Assembly (NCBI GenBank): GCA_010909165.1
Contig: MU008158.1
Coordinates: forward strand, 2,195,478-2,259,477
From: Anthoceros angustus
Lineage: Eukaryota > Plantae > Anthocerotophyta
Length of the DNA: 64,000 nt
Direction: 5' to 3'
Part shown: one piece after another, positions 1 to 12,279 of the stretch
How positions within the stretch are numbered: the first letter of the stretch is position 1
How the letters are laid out: the number at the start of each line of letters is the position of its first letter
Position numbers and translations under genes: made by a program
Notes under the pieces: generated by a model
The model's database searches: none
Seen by the model: only the letters and a program-made list of their open reading frames with translations
What the model was told of the DNA's origin: nothing

Positions 1-2932
1 CAAAATAAAGCATGCGGCACAGCAAAAGAGAATAGCTCAAAGAAACGCAGACATCTTCACAAATGGGCTGAAGCATCTTTACAAATGACACTCACCATCA
101 GCATCAGCTGGAGCAGGGGCTTCCTTTGCCTTTTGGCCAGCAGAAAGTACTATCTCTAAGGGGAGAGGTGCCAAGGACGACCAATGGTCATGTTTGGTGC
201 TCGCAATTTCTGCGTGTACACCTGGTTTACACCCAACCATAAAAAGTCAATTTTATAAATTCTAGGTCTGTGGCAACACAATTGCAAGGTGCAGGATAAG
301 TAATCGAACCAGTATCTCACCATGGTGAGCAGCTAAGCCCCAGTAACGAGCCAGCCAGCAGCGCTTCAATACCACTTCCTCCTGAGCATGCAATGGAGTT
401 TTCTTAAAACATAGTTGCCCTCAAAGAAATTGATAAGGAGGAGAAAATATGGCAAGATTTGGTTTGCATATAACATGTAGGCTTGATCTTTCACAGCACA
501 GCGCTGACCATTTCCTCCTGAGTCAAGATCATCCTATGAGTCATGGTACGCAGAGCTTTTACTTCCACCTCAGCCTCACTGGCTGCTTGTGAGGCAGCCA
601 TGGCCTCGTCCCGAGCAGCCTGAGGAAAAAAACCACTTGAATCAAAGGTATGACCTGTACCACTCCCCTTTATGAAGGGGAGTACTAGTGGCACGCTAGA
701 TCTGAGAGTGTAGGCAAACATCCATCACGTGAAATACCTCAGTTTCTAGCCGAAGAGCAGCAATTTCGTCATCCTTCACATCCTTGGACTGCTCTTTCGC
801 AGCCTTTAGTTCAGCCTGAATAGAGAGAACAAGGTCAAGAAGGAACCACGTTTCACATCAGGGATGCAGGGAAGACCCCGCTGCAAGACTACAATGTCCA
901 CACTAGCTTCCAGCTTGGGTTCCTTAGGTGGGCTACGTCCTAACACTGCCATTCCAGATAAATTCAGGAACACCCTAAAACATGTGTCAGCCTTACCTCC
1001 CGCTGTCGCAAGAAAGCCTCCTTCCTGCAAGAGCCAAAAGAAATGTTACTGCACTTGCTACAAAAGCACACAGACTCTCAAATCTGTTCCATTATGGAAA
1101 AGATTACACGAGGTGGAGTCATGCATATAATTGAGACCAGTTGCTACCTTTAAGAACTAAGCAAACTGAAGACAGCTGAGAAGGCAGCACACACTCATTC
1201 TCCTTCCTCTTTACAGGATCCAGAGAGTCTGTAATGCTCTAGCAATGTTTACGGGTATGTCTCTAAGCTCCTCACAGGGAGCCGTCATTATGTAAAGTAC
1301 AGACCCTCCAACTATGCATTGCCATTCACCTGACATAAGTACAAACTTGAAGACCCAGATTGAAATTGTTAAACCTACCTGCTTAAAAGTCGAGCTTCCA
1401 TTGATAAGCCTTCTCCCATGGACGCAACCTGATAGGATCAATGATTATGGTGAAATACACTTGAATATCCTACATAATCAACAAAAGCAATAGCTTGAAG
1501 CGATTAGATCTCAAACCTGTTTTTCCAGTTCCTTTGTACGGGCTTCAACTTCCAGTGCTCGTTCTTCAGCCAATCGGAGCTGAACAGTCCCACTCATTAC
1601 TCAGAATTGGCTTTAACGCAAGGCACAAAGTACACCACAACAAACGAATCACCATTGGAGCGATATATCACTGTGATGATATCCGAAGAGCGAAGCATAC
1701 CTTCTCTTGCATTATCGCATTTTCTTCCTCCAGTTGGTCAATCTGTGATAAACGATAAACCATGAAAGCTATTCCCTCTAATAAGAGAGGAGAGTCTGGC
1801 ACTAAGACAGAGCATAATTCGTGCAAGGTCTAAGGTCACCCGGTAAGTGGTGAAACTATTAAGGAAGGTGACGGGCCTTCCAACCATGAGTGCCCATACT
1901 CACCTCATCCATCAATGCCGCATTCTCCCGAGACCCTCCGGACTCTGGTTGCTGCCTGAGACTTTGGGTATCCAAAAATCTGCCAATGTCAATTCAAACC
2001 CATGAATACAGTTGGGAACTGAGAGTTCATGTCACAACACTGTGGTTACCGCATAACTGCCTTTGTAACCTCATAGGTATACCACCACTTCTGACAGCCT
2101 GAGTAGCAGAAAACAATATGCACCTTCTACGCACATTCATCTCCCTGTTTCGATTTTCAAGCTGACTAGGACGGACATCAATGTCCCGGTGTCTCAAGTC
2201 AACCACTGGTTCCAACGCCGGTTCTGGTAGCCGTGAATTCAAGGACACTGGTTTCGGCCGAATCAACGATGCCGTTGGACCAGCCAGAGGAGCTGGACGG
2301 ACCACAATAGAAGGTCTGGTAACTGCTGAAGGTCGGATCCTGGATGATTCAGAAAAGCTCCCTCCAAGCTGGAAAATTGGGATCTCAGTACCAGGAAAAA
2401 GACAGACATCGTGAACCACAGGGAAGACAAGAAAACGAATCGGCAGAAGCAGAAATGTCAATCTCCGGCTGATCACACTTGACACACGGAACGCAAAAAG
2501 CCCGAAGTACAGAGAGCAGTCCAGGGGCTCGCAAAACATCAACTTCACACAACGCTGCAAGACCGATCCGCTCAGAGATCCGGGATGCCAAATCCCGAGT
2601 ACGGCCTTCGGTCCGAGACCCGGCACAGGCAGTTTGCTCCAACGCAAGGGACGCGCATCCTATACCTGAGGAGACTCAGATCTTCGACTGCTCCCGTAAC
2701 TGGAGCCGCCGTAGCGGAAGTCGTCGTCTTCGTCGTCATCCTTATGCTGTGCGGACATAGCCTGCGCCTGCGCCAGCCGGGCTGCGGCAGCCTTAGCTGC
2801 ATAATTGCTCCTCCTGCCAGGTCCCACGGCAGAAGACCGCAGCTGCGACGGGTGCGCGGGAGACGAGGCGGCGGAGTTGCTGGCTGTCCTGCTCATCTGC
2901 CTGGAGTAAATCGGACTGCCATTCCGATCCAT
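1..2932 (-). CDS. SCD2: Coiled-coil protein SCD2-like (STOMATAL CYTOKINESIS DEFECTIVE 2), multi-exon, 3' end beyond window start
   Basis: GT-AG exons translate to [15 protein letters not shown]...[19 protein letters not shown]|[29 protein letters not shown]|[17 protein letters not shown]|[26 protein letters not shown]|[21 protein letters not shown]|[20 protein letters not shown]. These match the plant SCD2 family as recalled. Confidence 0.92.
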
Positions 2933-5015
2933 CCCTGCTGCTCCGCTCCCCCTGCTTCCACCTCACAGCGAATGCCGAAACCGATGCCGATACCAATGCC
3001 AAGCACACCTGACCGCGCGCTAAACCCACCCGAAGCAAAAACTCCGCGACCCGATCAAGCTCTCCTGTGAAAACTCCACCACCCCAGTCCCTGCTGCAAT
3101 CGCAATCCACATCCTCAGGCGCGCTTCACACGACTTGCCGAGTGACCTAACACAAGGAGAGAAGGAAATTGGCCTGCCTCATGTCCGCTCTAGCGGCATA
3201 CACACAGATCTTCCGCTGCCCAACTCGCAAGCTGGGAAGAAGACAACATTTCTTCGCGCGTGTTAAACACCACCTCGTCACCGCGTCCCTGCCGTTCGAG
3301 GGCCCGCAGCCCGAAGCCTCCTCCCGCAAACAGCCTTTTCCAAGTACAACATACATACATTCGTACACGCATAAGATGTGAACACAACAAACGCCTATGG
3401 GTAAAGGAAACACGTTTTCAATGGTAAACGCGTAATTATTTATTCCGTTTGTAAATTTTTAATTCTCAGTGGTGTTTGGATTGCATAACATAAAGAAGAA
3501 GAAGGAGAATTTTATTAAAGTCCACTAAGGTCGGATTTCCGTCATGGGATTGAAATATGATAACTACATAGATTGTGGTAAAATAATCTGGACTAATGTA
3601 AAGGTAAAATTTAAACAAAACAAATAATCTTCAATCAATCAACAGTGTCAATGAAATTGCGTGAACGAGGGCCAAACACCATCAATTCATCCCCACGAAA
3701 GAAAGCCACTTGACCTGCAGCACGAGCTTTTCTGAAAGCGGGTAACTTCTCCTAAGGCTAATGGATGATTCTCATTGTGACTTGATCTGCTAAAACAAAG
3801 GGTTCAAATGGAGAACCCTATCAATTGACACTCCAAACAAATACATTGTGCTCCACAAACTGTATATTGGGCGGTAGACTTTGAGGTTGCAAGAGTTGAA
3901 ACTATGTTTCAAGATACGTTAGGGAGCAACCTGACCCCAAACAACAGGTACTTGTGATGCTGATATTGATTTATTGTCGATAGGAAGTTTAAGGCACTCA
4001 AAGATATGCAAAAGAGAGAACTAACTATAGTTGTTTGTTAAAAGAAGTTGTTTTAGAAATTTACTTAGAATAAGATTATTTTTTTACCGGAGTTAGTAGA
4101 TCACTATGTTTGAAGCAATTAAATTGGTCGGGGACAAGCAATAAGGTATTAGAAGATTAGAAGATGCTAAGATGACATTTTTATTTGGAATGACTCTCCC
4201 TCCGGTCGCTCAAGCGTGACGTCAGTGGACCGGCAAGATTGGGAAAGAATCATATGCCCTCTTTTTCCAAAGGGCTGACCTTCTTGATTGAACATATCTA
4301 CAAACCTCCATTCCTGGACACACAGGTGTGTGGTGCAAAGAATGTGCTTGCTCAAAAGAAATTACCTTCGATACTCATTCCGTAAAATTATATTTTGGAT
4401 TCAAATATAAAAGCTGTAAAGTTGTAAGGGGAGTAAACTAGTTAACGGTGGAGAATAACAATGTATTCAATTAGAAGAGGTAAAGATGACAATTAGAAAT
4501 AGTAATTCAAGTTTTCACCGGTACATAAAAAGAGTTTGGCATTTAAGTTTCGTCTTTGTTCGGCATTGTGGAGTTCTAGATATGGAGGAGGACCTCTTAT
4601 TGTGCATGGGAGAGAGCCTGGTGTTGAGGAAAGTTTCATATTGAGAAGATAAAGGTATGATGACTCAAAGAGCAAAGGGCAGTGTAAAGAGTTGGAGCAA
4701 TTATAAAGGACAAGACATTTGGGGGTCTAGTGTTCTATATGTTTTTGAAGTGTGTTGTTGCAGGGCTATAATGAGCTTCTCTTAGAGGCATATAATTAAC
4801 CTTCTCTGGAGGTTTAGACTTGTTGGAAAACTAAGAGTTTTGGTTTGCTTCCAATCTAAAGTTTTTAACGTTGGTCTAATCTTCAAGTTATTGCAGGAGT
4901 TCCTATCTTTATGATTGGTCTCTCCATAAGGAGGTTCGTTTTTTTTAAAAATTATGTTATTTTCTAGGTGTTGGTGTGTTGTTGGTTCTACTTATTATTC
5001 AATCCTCGACAAAGA

Positions 5016-7039
5016 ATGAGGATATTCAATGAGACTTTATTCCTCATTATGAGGCAAGTAAAAGTTTTTTGGATGGTCATCTTCATCTTAATTGCTGCAT
5101 TTACATGCATGAATGTCTATATGAGCTCGAGGGTATGGTCCGATCTTTTGGATTTGATTTAAAATTTGTGAACTTCTCATGCCTAAAGTAACTTTGTTTT
5201 GTACAGAGAATCAACTTGTTGGAAAGCTTGACAAAGTCTCCAGGTGAATATGAGTGTAACAATACCTCAAAAACTGATCTTTATCTTGCTCTAGGGGAAA
5301 TAGCACCATTTTTCCGGACTATAGAAGTCCTTGAGAAAGAGAACGAATTTCTTAAACTTGAGGTTCAAATAGCAAAGAAAAAATATGAAGGAGTTATTCA
5401 AAAAATTCCATCACATTTCGTCCATAAGACAACATATCCTTTCCCTCATAAGCTTGTTGGAGATCCAGAAAAGGTACGCGACTTCAAAAACGAGGCCACT
5501 TTTTATTTTGACTCAGTGTCTAGTCTTGTGAAAAGAATTGGCTTGTTATCCTAACTGGATGTCTAACTGTTTTTTGTTAATATCTTGTTTAGGATCTTGA
5601 AGGCAAGAAAATACCAAAAAATCTTCTAGCTATTCCGGTTGGCATCAAGTATAAACAATTTGTGAATACACTTATTGAAAAGGTTAGTACTAGAAAAAGT
5701 GATCTATAATATTTTTATTTTTAGTTAACACTTCCTTTTAAATGAATTTGCTCTCACCTTGTTCATTCATTCTGGATCTTCACGTGTGTCTTTAAATTTT
5801 CTCACTCATCAAATAATTTATAATCCCTTAATATTATAATATATTTTTATTTGTTTTATATATTAATAGTTCCCTGCCGATGAGTTTGCACTTGCGTTGT
5901 TCTTTTATGACTCTTCTCTCAACGATTGGAAAGAATTTCCTTGGATTGACCGAGTTGTATTTAGTAGTCAAGAACATTTTCAATCAAAATGGTATTGTCT
6001 CATATTCTATCTCAACATTATACCTCTTTTACATTTAATGCGTCGTTACTTCATTTATGGATTTAAATATTGATGGCAGGTGGTATGCTAAGAGATTGCT
6101 ACATCCAGATCTGGTTGCATGGTTTGACCATATTTTTTTATGGGATGAAGATATAGATGCAGAAAATTTCAATGCTATGAGGTATGTGCTTTAATATTGA
6201 TTTTGTCATGGAATAAAATCGTTGTTATGTATTTTATATGTACATGGTTTCGGAATGTCGTACAGTTATTTAAAAACCAAACGCATGCATGGATTGGAGA
6301 TATCTCAACCGGCACTCTCACATAATGGAAAAGAACATTATGCAATCACAACATTGGTGAGCGGTAGCTCAGTGCACAGAAGGACGGATTCATGGGAAAA
6401 TGAGTGCAATAAGGGTTTGAATACTCCACCATGTTCTAGGTATGTAGTTATCTTTGTGAATTTGTTATAATGTGTACTTGTTACTACATGTCATTTTATA
6501 TCATTTTATACTAGATATAAATTTTACTTTATTATTGCAGCTTTGTAGAAATCATGTGTCCAGTTTTTACTAAGAAGGCATGGAGATGTACTTGGTACAT
6601 GATTCAGGTATTTGTTGTTTTTTCCCCTTGATTGATTTGAATTTTTATTTTGATAGATTACTAATTGCTTTTTCTTATGTTTCACGTACGTAACAGAATG
6701 ATCTAACTTCCGGTTGGGGCCTAGATTTTAAGTTTCATGCATGTGTAAGTGGGTCCGACAACATAGGCATTATTGACACAGATTATGTTACACATGTGTC
6801 AAGCACATCAATGGGTGGTAATTCTACCGAAAGACAAGAGGTATTTGCAAGAGCATTTTAGATTATTATCCTTGAACTAATTGATGTATTATTTTTTTAA
6901 TCTTTAGTGTAATTAATTGATCGATTTTATGGAACAGGTACAAAAGAGAAGTTTTCATGAGTTGAGCACCTTTTTTGAGCGTTGGAAGAAGGCAGCTCGT
7001 GAAGATGGAGAAAATGGTATTCAGTTCTATGTATTTTAG
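5016..7039 (+). CDS. DUF707 family protein (putative type-II membrane glycosyltransferase), multi-exon; start codon uncertain
   Basis: Exons give an N-terminal TM segment (MRIFNETLFLIMRQVKVFWMVIFILIAAF), then KNLLAIPVGIK, ALFFYD...DWKEFPW, WYAKRLLHPDLVAWFDHIFLWDED, GLEISQPAL, FVEIMCPVFTKKAWRCTWYMIQNDLTSGWGLDFK and RSFHELSTFFERWKKA, all DUF707 motifs. Confidence 0.88.
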
Positions 7040-7479
7040 CTTTCTATAACGACATTTTAATTTTGAAGGTAAACTTATTTTTGAATTTTTTGGATATCAT
7101 GAATAGATTTTTAGAATTCAAAATTGCCCATGAATCAGCAAATCAGATTGGATTGCTGATTGCAGGTAGCATGAGTCCTCTGGTCCTCATTGCAGGATAG
7201 CATACATCGTAACACATTATTTAGGGTAAAGTATTATACCTTCGCATATTAGGGATAGAGTTCGTCACGAATGGTGATATCAGGAGTTTTGATCTGTGTC
7301 TTTCATCAGTCTGTTTATGAAAGCAGCAGGCAAAAAGTCTCCAAACGGATAGAGGGAACTCACGTGAAGTTTTTTGGTTTTGCGTACGCTGTTTGCATAA
7401 TCCGCGACATGAGTCTTGTGTCTGTTCCACGACGTATGCAAGTGTTTGTACACGCACTCCGCACGATGGCGAGCTTCTA

Positions 7480-8358
7480 ACCACGCGAAGCAGGATGAGA
7501 GCTTCTTCCTGAAAGAGTTGGGCTTCTACTTACAGAGGTTTGGAGGTATCGCTCCCGTCCGTTGAAGTCCTCGCGGTTGCGTGACTGTGATACTCTGGAA
7601 AATGTAGCTTTACTTTTGGGCAAGAGCCTCGAGGAACAGGAAGCAAAATCAGGCATTGCAACTCGTTACTCATTGCCGTTTGTGCAAACGCAAAAAGCTG
7701 AGTGCCTGTTCGAATCACTAGTAGTCGAGCCCGGGTACTTTCTGATCAGCCCACGGTGTCCCGGGTTCTGTGCTCTGCTGGTATCGTTCGCAAGAGTATT
7801 TTAGCATTTGGCGTGATAGGGGATTCCTCCTGGCCAGTGGAGGTGGCATGGCAGTTGCCAATGTGAGGGAGGCAAATTCTGATCACCACTAAGCCTCCTG
7901 TTCTAGGTTTATGATGAACCAGATTGACTCTGCACTGCTCGTCTGTAGTCTGCATGCAGTCACTGCAGGCCTTGAAGAAGGTACTTACTCCAGCCTGCTT
8001 GTTGTGAAAGTTCTGTGTCGAAAAATTTCCAGTAAGACTCAAGGTGGTACCTATCTAATGGTACCCATCTACATATGTGTCCAACTGTAGGTACTTATTC
8101 CAGTTTGCTTGTTGTGACAGTTCTGTGTCGAAAACACATTGCCAGTAAGACTTGAATGTGAATGATGTGGACATCGCTGCAGAGTCTGGAGCCGACAAGC
8201 CGCTGCTGGACTGGCGTGGCTCATTGGGTAACGAAGGGATCCTATAGTCGCAGCTGCAAGGCGGAGAAGGCCCAGGCAGAGACTCATCTTGAGCATGTCG
8301 CCAGGCTGGTAGCAATTTTAGTGCCTTTTACGTCCTTAACAGACGAAGATGTGGCCAA
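7480..8358 (+). pseudogene. Degenerate LRR-like (possibly F-box/LRR) gene remnant, copy 1
   Basis: Aligns at the DNA level with 13380-14170. Frameshifted and stop-interrupted fragments include LKELGFYLQ, LKSSRLRDCDTLENV, SLQSLEP and FTSLTDEDVA. Internal ~110-bp duplication at about 7980-8150. The family call comes from motif appearance only. Confidence 0.45.
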
Positions 8359-8376
8359 GCCCATAAGCATGACAGA

Positions 8377-10809
8377 TTACAGATGCGAGGTTTGCAGCTG
8401 AACAGAGTGTTCAGACTCGTTGTTGTCGTCTGTGATTGCTGAGTGAACTTTGTAGGTATACCAGCGCGCGTAGGCTAAGAAGAGGACCAGGTCGATGGCA
8501 AGGGTCACACCCACCAGCCAATAGTAATTCGTGAGCCCCCCAGAATGCAAGTCCCCTGCGAGCCACCCGCCCGAATTCTCTGTTTCCCTGTTGACAGCAT
8601 TCACCAAAACGGTGGAAAGAAAGAAGCCCATAGAGAAGGCGGTGAAGAAGAGCGATGTGGCGACGCTCTTGGTGCTCTCAGGCGTCTCCTGGTAGAAGAA
8701 GTTCAACTGGGCAACGCCCACCATGACCTCCACTGTGCCCGCAATGGCGAGCTGCGGAATCAACCAGTACACGGGCATGGGGATCTGCCCAAGCACGATG
8801 TCGAGAAGCTGGACATGCTCCCTCTTGATAGTGCTAACGCGCTTCCTTTCAACCCCGGCAGCCACAACCGAGGCGATGACAGATAGCACCAGCCCCACGC
8901 CTATCCGCTGCAGATGGCTCAGGCCTTGCGGATTTCTGGTGACTTTGCCGGCGGCAGGGATGAGCAGCAATTCGAACAGGGGCGTAGAAAGGAGAGCAGC
9001 GAAGACCATGAACACTGCCACTGAGCCTGCCGGCATCGTCCAGTGGCTACCCACGCTGCGGTCCATACTCAAAGCTTGCTGCACAGAGAAGTTGTAAACC
9101 TGGGACAGCATGGTGTAGATGGGTATGGTGCAGATCCAGATGGGAAGCATCTGTAGGATGGTCTTCAGTTCTTCCACCTGTGTCACGGTACAGAGGTGCC
9201 ATCCGCTGCTTTCATGTGGCTGCTCCTCAGGCACCAGAGCCGCTTTGTCCAGAAATCTACAATATTACCCACAACCTGCAGCGATGAGAAGTACCTCGGA
9301 ATGGATTGTGACATCAAACTGATGAAATTCCAGTGAAAGCTCACCGCAGCCTGTTGGTGTGAGGAAGCTTCTTGATCGTGGAGTGTGTGGCATATTCCGT
9401 CTCTGGCATTTCGTATAACGCACTAGGATCTGCTGGGAGCCGCTTGCTGGCATTTCTGGCTGCAGCAGCAATCACCTTGGCCAACCGCTCGAAAGCACTT
9501 CCCCTTGGTATCGTGCGTCTGGAGTCACACACGGTACAGTACCTCAGCTGACATATCCACCTGTAGTTGAAATCACAATGGTTCCTGGAGTGGAAGGAGT
9601 TGTAAGGATGAGTTCCTGCCTGAGGAAGGGAGCTCCGCAGCAGAAGGTAATGAACGCGAGGAAGTAGAGGCCAGCAACGATGCCATACCCCCAGTCGAAC
9701 CCCACATCAGTCTGCACATAGATCAAAACTGTCACTCCGAATGTGGCACTTGCGTTGAGCGCAGTGTAGTAGCCCGTGAAGAAGGAGGCGCCCTTCTTCT
9801 TCTCCTCCACATCGGTTTCATCAAATTGGTCCTGACCAAGGGAGGTCATGCAGGGCTTCAAGCCCGCCGCTCCAATTGCGGTCAAGTACAACCCTGCGTT
9901 TGCACACTGGTCAAGCTGAGTGTATGCATGCATGTGGTGTCAATTTGCCAGATGTCTCAAGTTACATGTTTCGGGTGATCACAAGAGCGCGTCATCCACA
10001 GCTGGAAATCCCACCTGCATAGCACCAGTTGAGCACGTGCTGGCTTGCCCTGGGGCACACCGGGTTCACCAAGGTTGGCGTGCACGGGGGAGGTTGTAGC
10101 GATGATAGAGTTGCAGAAATGGTGAGAACCAGGGCGCCCTGCAATTCCCCAGCCAGCAAGGAGCCCACAAGATTCAGCAATCCCGATCTTGAGCTCTCGG
10201 GACCTGCTTGCCAATAGAACGGTTTAACTGCGAAATTGATCAGTCGAGTGACTTACCGCAACAGCAATCAGGCCTGTGGCCACGATGGTCCAAAGCTGAC
10301 CCAGGTAAGCATCAGCCAAGATCCCCCAGACGAGGGGCACAAGGTAAGCGGTTCCGAGGAAATAGGCAACCTGATTGACAGCTTCCGATGCACCCAAATG
10401 CAGAATCTCATACAAATACGTGACCAGATTTGCACCCACAGTAAACACCACTAAATCTTCGCCCATCGCCAAAACTGTCCAGACAGTCCACAATCCTCAC
10501 TGTCAATTAAACCCCATCCCAAGGCCACCGCCATGGCCAAGACAGCGGACACCATCCAAGGCACACCGCCAAGACTGCGCACCCAGACACATAGCCCGAA
10601 ATCGTTGGCAGTATCATAAATAAGACGAGTTACCGTAAACGAATACAGTAGCCCTCCATCCTCCCGTCTTGCGTCGGATAGCTGGTCTCCCTCGGAGATC
10701 GACAGAACCATCACCCACAATATCCCCGGGGCCCGATACCTGCAAGATAGACTCAGATAATTTGAACTTGCATACAAAATCTGATCTGTCAAGAAAATTC
10801 GCTCACCAT
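8377..10809 (-). CDS. NPF (NRT1/PTR) family transporter
   Basis: Model M|VSGPGDIVGDGSVDLRGRPAIRRKTGGWRATVFVY|VLAMGEDLVVFTVGANLVTYL...ADAYLG...LYLTAIGAAGLKPCMTSLGQDQFD...RFLDKAA...WHLCTVTQVEELK...QALSMDR...YWLIPQ...FFYQETPESTKS; stop at 8377. Confidence 0.95.
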
Positions 10810-11540
10810 CTCCAGAACAAAGCTATTAGATATGCACGCCTTCGCGCTTCAGATCACAAGGTTCCACAACACACAAGGAATTTGAGGAAGAATTTTCTCC
10901 TCACGAGAGGAGAAGAAGCTTAAGGAATCCTTGTGTACCTGGACAAGAGAAGAGGAACACTCTCTATCGGTTTCTCGAACACAGAAGGTGGAATTGTTCA
11001 CTACATCTCTCGAGAACAGAGTGGAATTGCTCACTACATCTCTAGGTGATAGGTGTCCAGCTGTCTGTTCCGAGGACTTAGGAAAGCCTACAGAATATGA
11101 AAGAGTCATATGTGTGTTCCGACAGGAGCTTTCATGTGCTGCCCGTCGCGGATGCATTGCATACTCGTTGGCTCTGGGGGCACATGGGCATGACATGATC
11201 GGGCTTCATGTGCCTGGCCGTGGCGGATGCATTGCATCCCCGTGGGCTCGGGGGGCGCATGTTGCGTCTGAGATTGAGACGCATCACAAGATTGAGAAGC
11301 GAAGCATGAGATTGTAAGAAGAATTATTTTATTGAAGTTCGGTAAGGATAGAATTTCAGTCGTAGAACTGATACAATGAAGATCAACCGCTATTCGGAGA
11401 CTGCCTAAAGACTAGTGGTGTGAAGCAAAATCAAACTGGTATTATGGCATGTTGGAAAGTTGAGTACACTTTACTCTCGATTCTCACATTTGTTTCAAGC
11501 AAACTCCAGTGAAAATAGGATCAGGAAAAGGGAAGAAACC

Positions 11541-11960
11541 TCAGAGTAAAGATCGAGCTACTTTGAATAAGTTGACTAAAGTATTTCTTATATCCTTATA
11601 GGTGGGGTAGAGGAATACAAAGTGTTCCTCAGTCTCAACGTCCCCGATGCATAACTTGCATGTTCTGATATCCTTAGGTGGTGGATGTAGCCATCTATTT
11701 GTCTCAATTCTGAGCCGGTGCGACCCCACATGAAGACGACCCGTAATCATCCTAAGCTTGAAAGACACACGGGTGCGAAGATGGAGAGAGAATATTGGTT
11801 TCTCAAAGTTGGAAAGGATATAGAGAAGTCGTTTGCAAGTCTCGAACTTAATGCGCAAGAGAGAGACTGGAAATCAAGGCCAATGGACCTATTCGAGGGA
11901 GGGGACTGGAAGAGAGGTGGGCCAAAAGGCTTTCGAAGCAAAAATCAAACTTTTTAATTT
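11541..11960 (-). mobile_element. Non-LTR retrotransposon (LINE) 3' fragment, ORF2 C-terminus
   Basis: RLHVGSHRLRIETNRW...RTCKLCIGDVETEEHFVFLYPTYKDIR matches the Cys/His-rich C-terminal motif that follows the RT in LINE ORF2. Frameshifted and 5'-truncated. Confidence 0.75.
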
Positions 11961-12279
11961 ACACATAGGCGAGTACATCTTATTGTAGTGTGTAATTAGG
12001 TACTAGCACTAGTGTCTAATTGCTAGAATAGCAGCCTGCCTAGATGCACGGTCGGGTCCGACTGTCGGCTGGTGCGCGCGTGAACTATTTCTACTGGTTT
12101 TTGTACCATAATGATCCAACTTTATTGAATAGTTCTTTGAAGCTTACAATTGAATTAATTTCTTGCCAACGGAGGTGTCTTTCACATCACCGTGTCTTAT
12201 TAGGTCAAGCCTAGCACTCTTGTTGGAATCTTCTCACCCTGTGATAAACAGCAGTTGTCCGTTTACTTAGTTTAGGTGC

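Noticed and set aside
3640-4680. Possible minus-strand exons divergent from DUF707 (e.g. EKLPAFRKARAAGQVAFFRGDELMVFG)
   Set aside because: Protein-like fragments, but no consistent exon chain or recognisable family. Left unresolved pending a BLASTX search.
10475-10633. Apparent in-frame stops upstream of NPF TM1, suggesting a pseudogene
   Set aside because: They fall inside a phase-1 GT-AG intron; the true N-terminal exon (GDGSVDLRGRP...TGGW) is at 10634-10739.
11990-12030. CTAG-containing palindrome as a Helitron 3' end
   Set aside because: The hairpin is weak and AT-rich, and no matching 5' TC end was identified.
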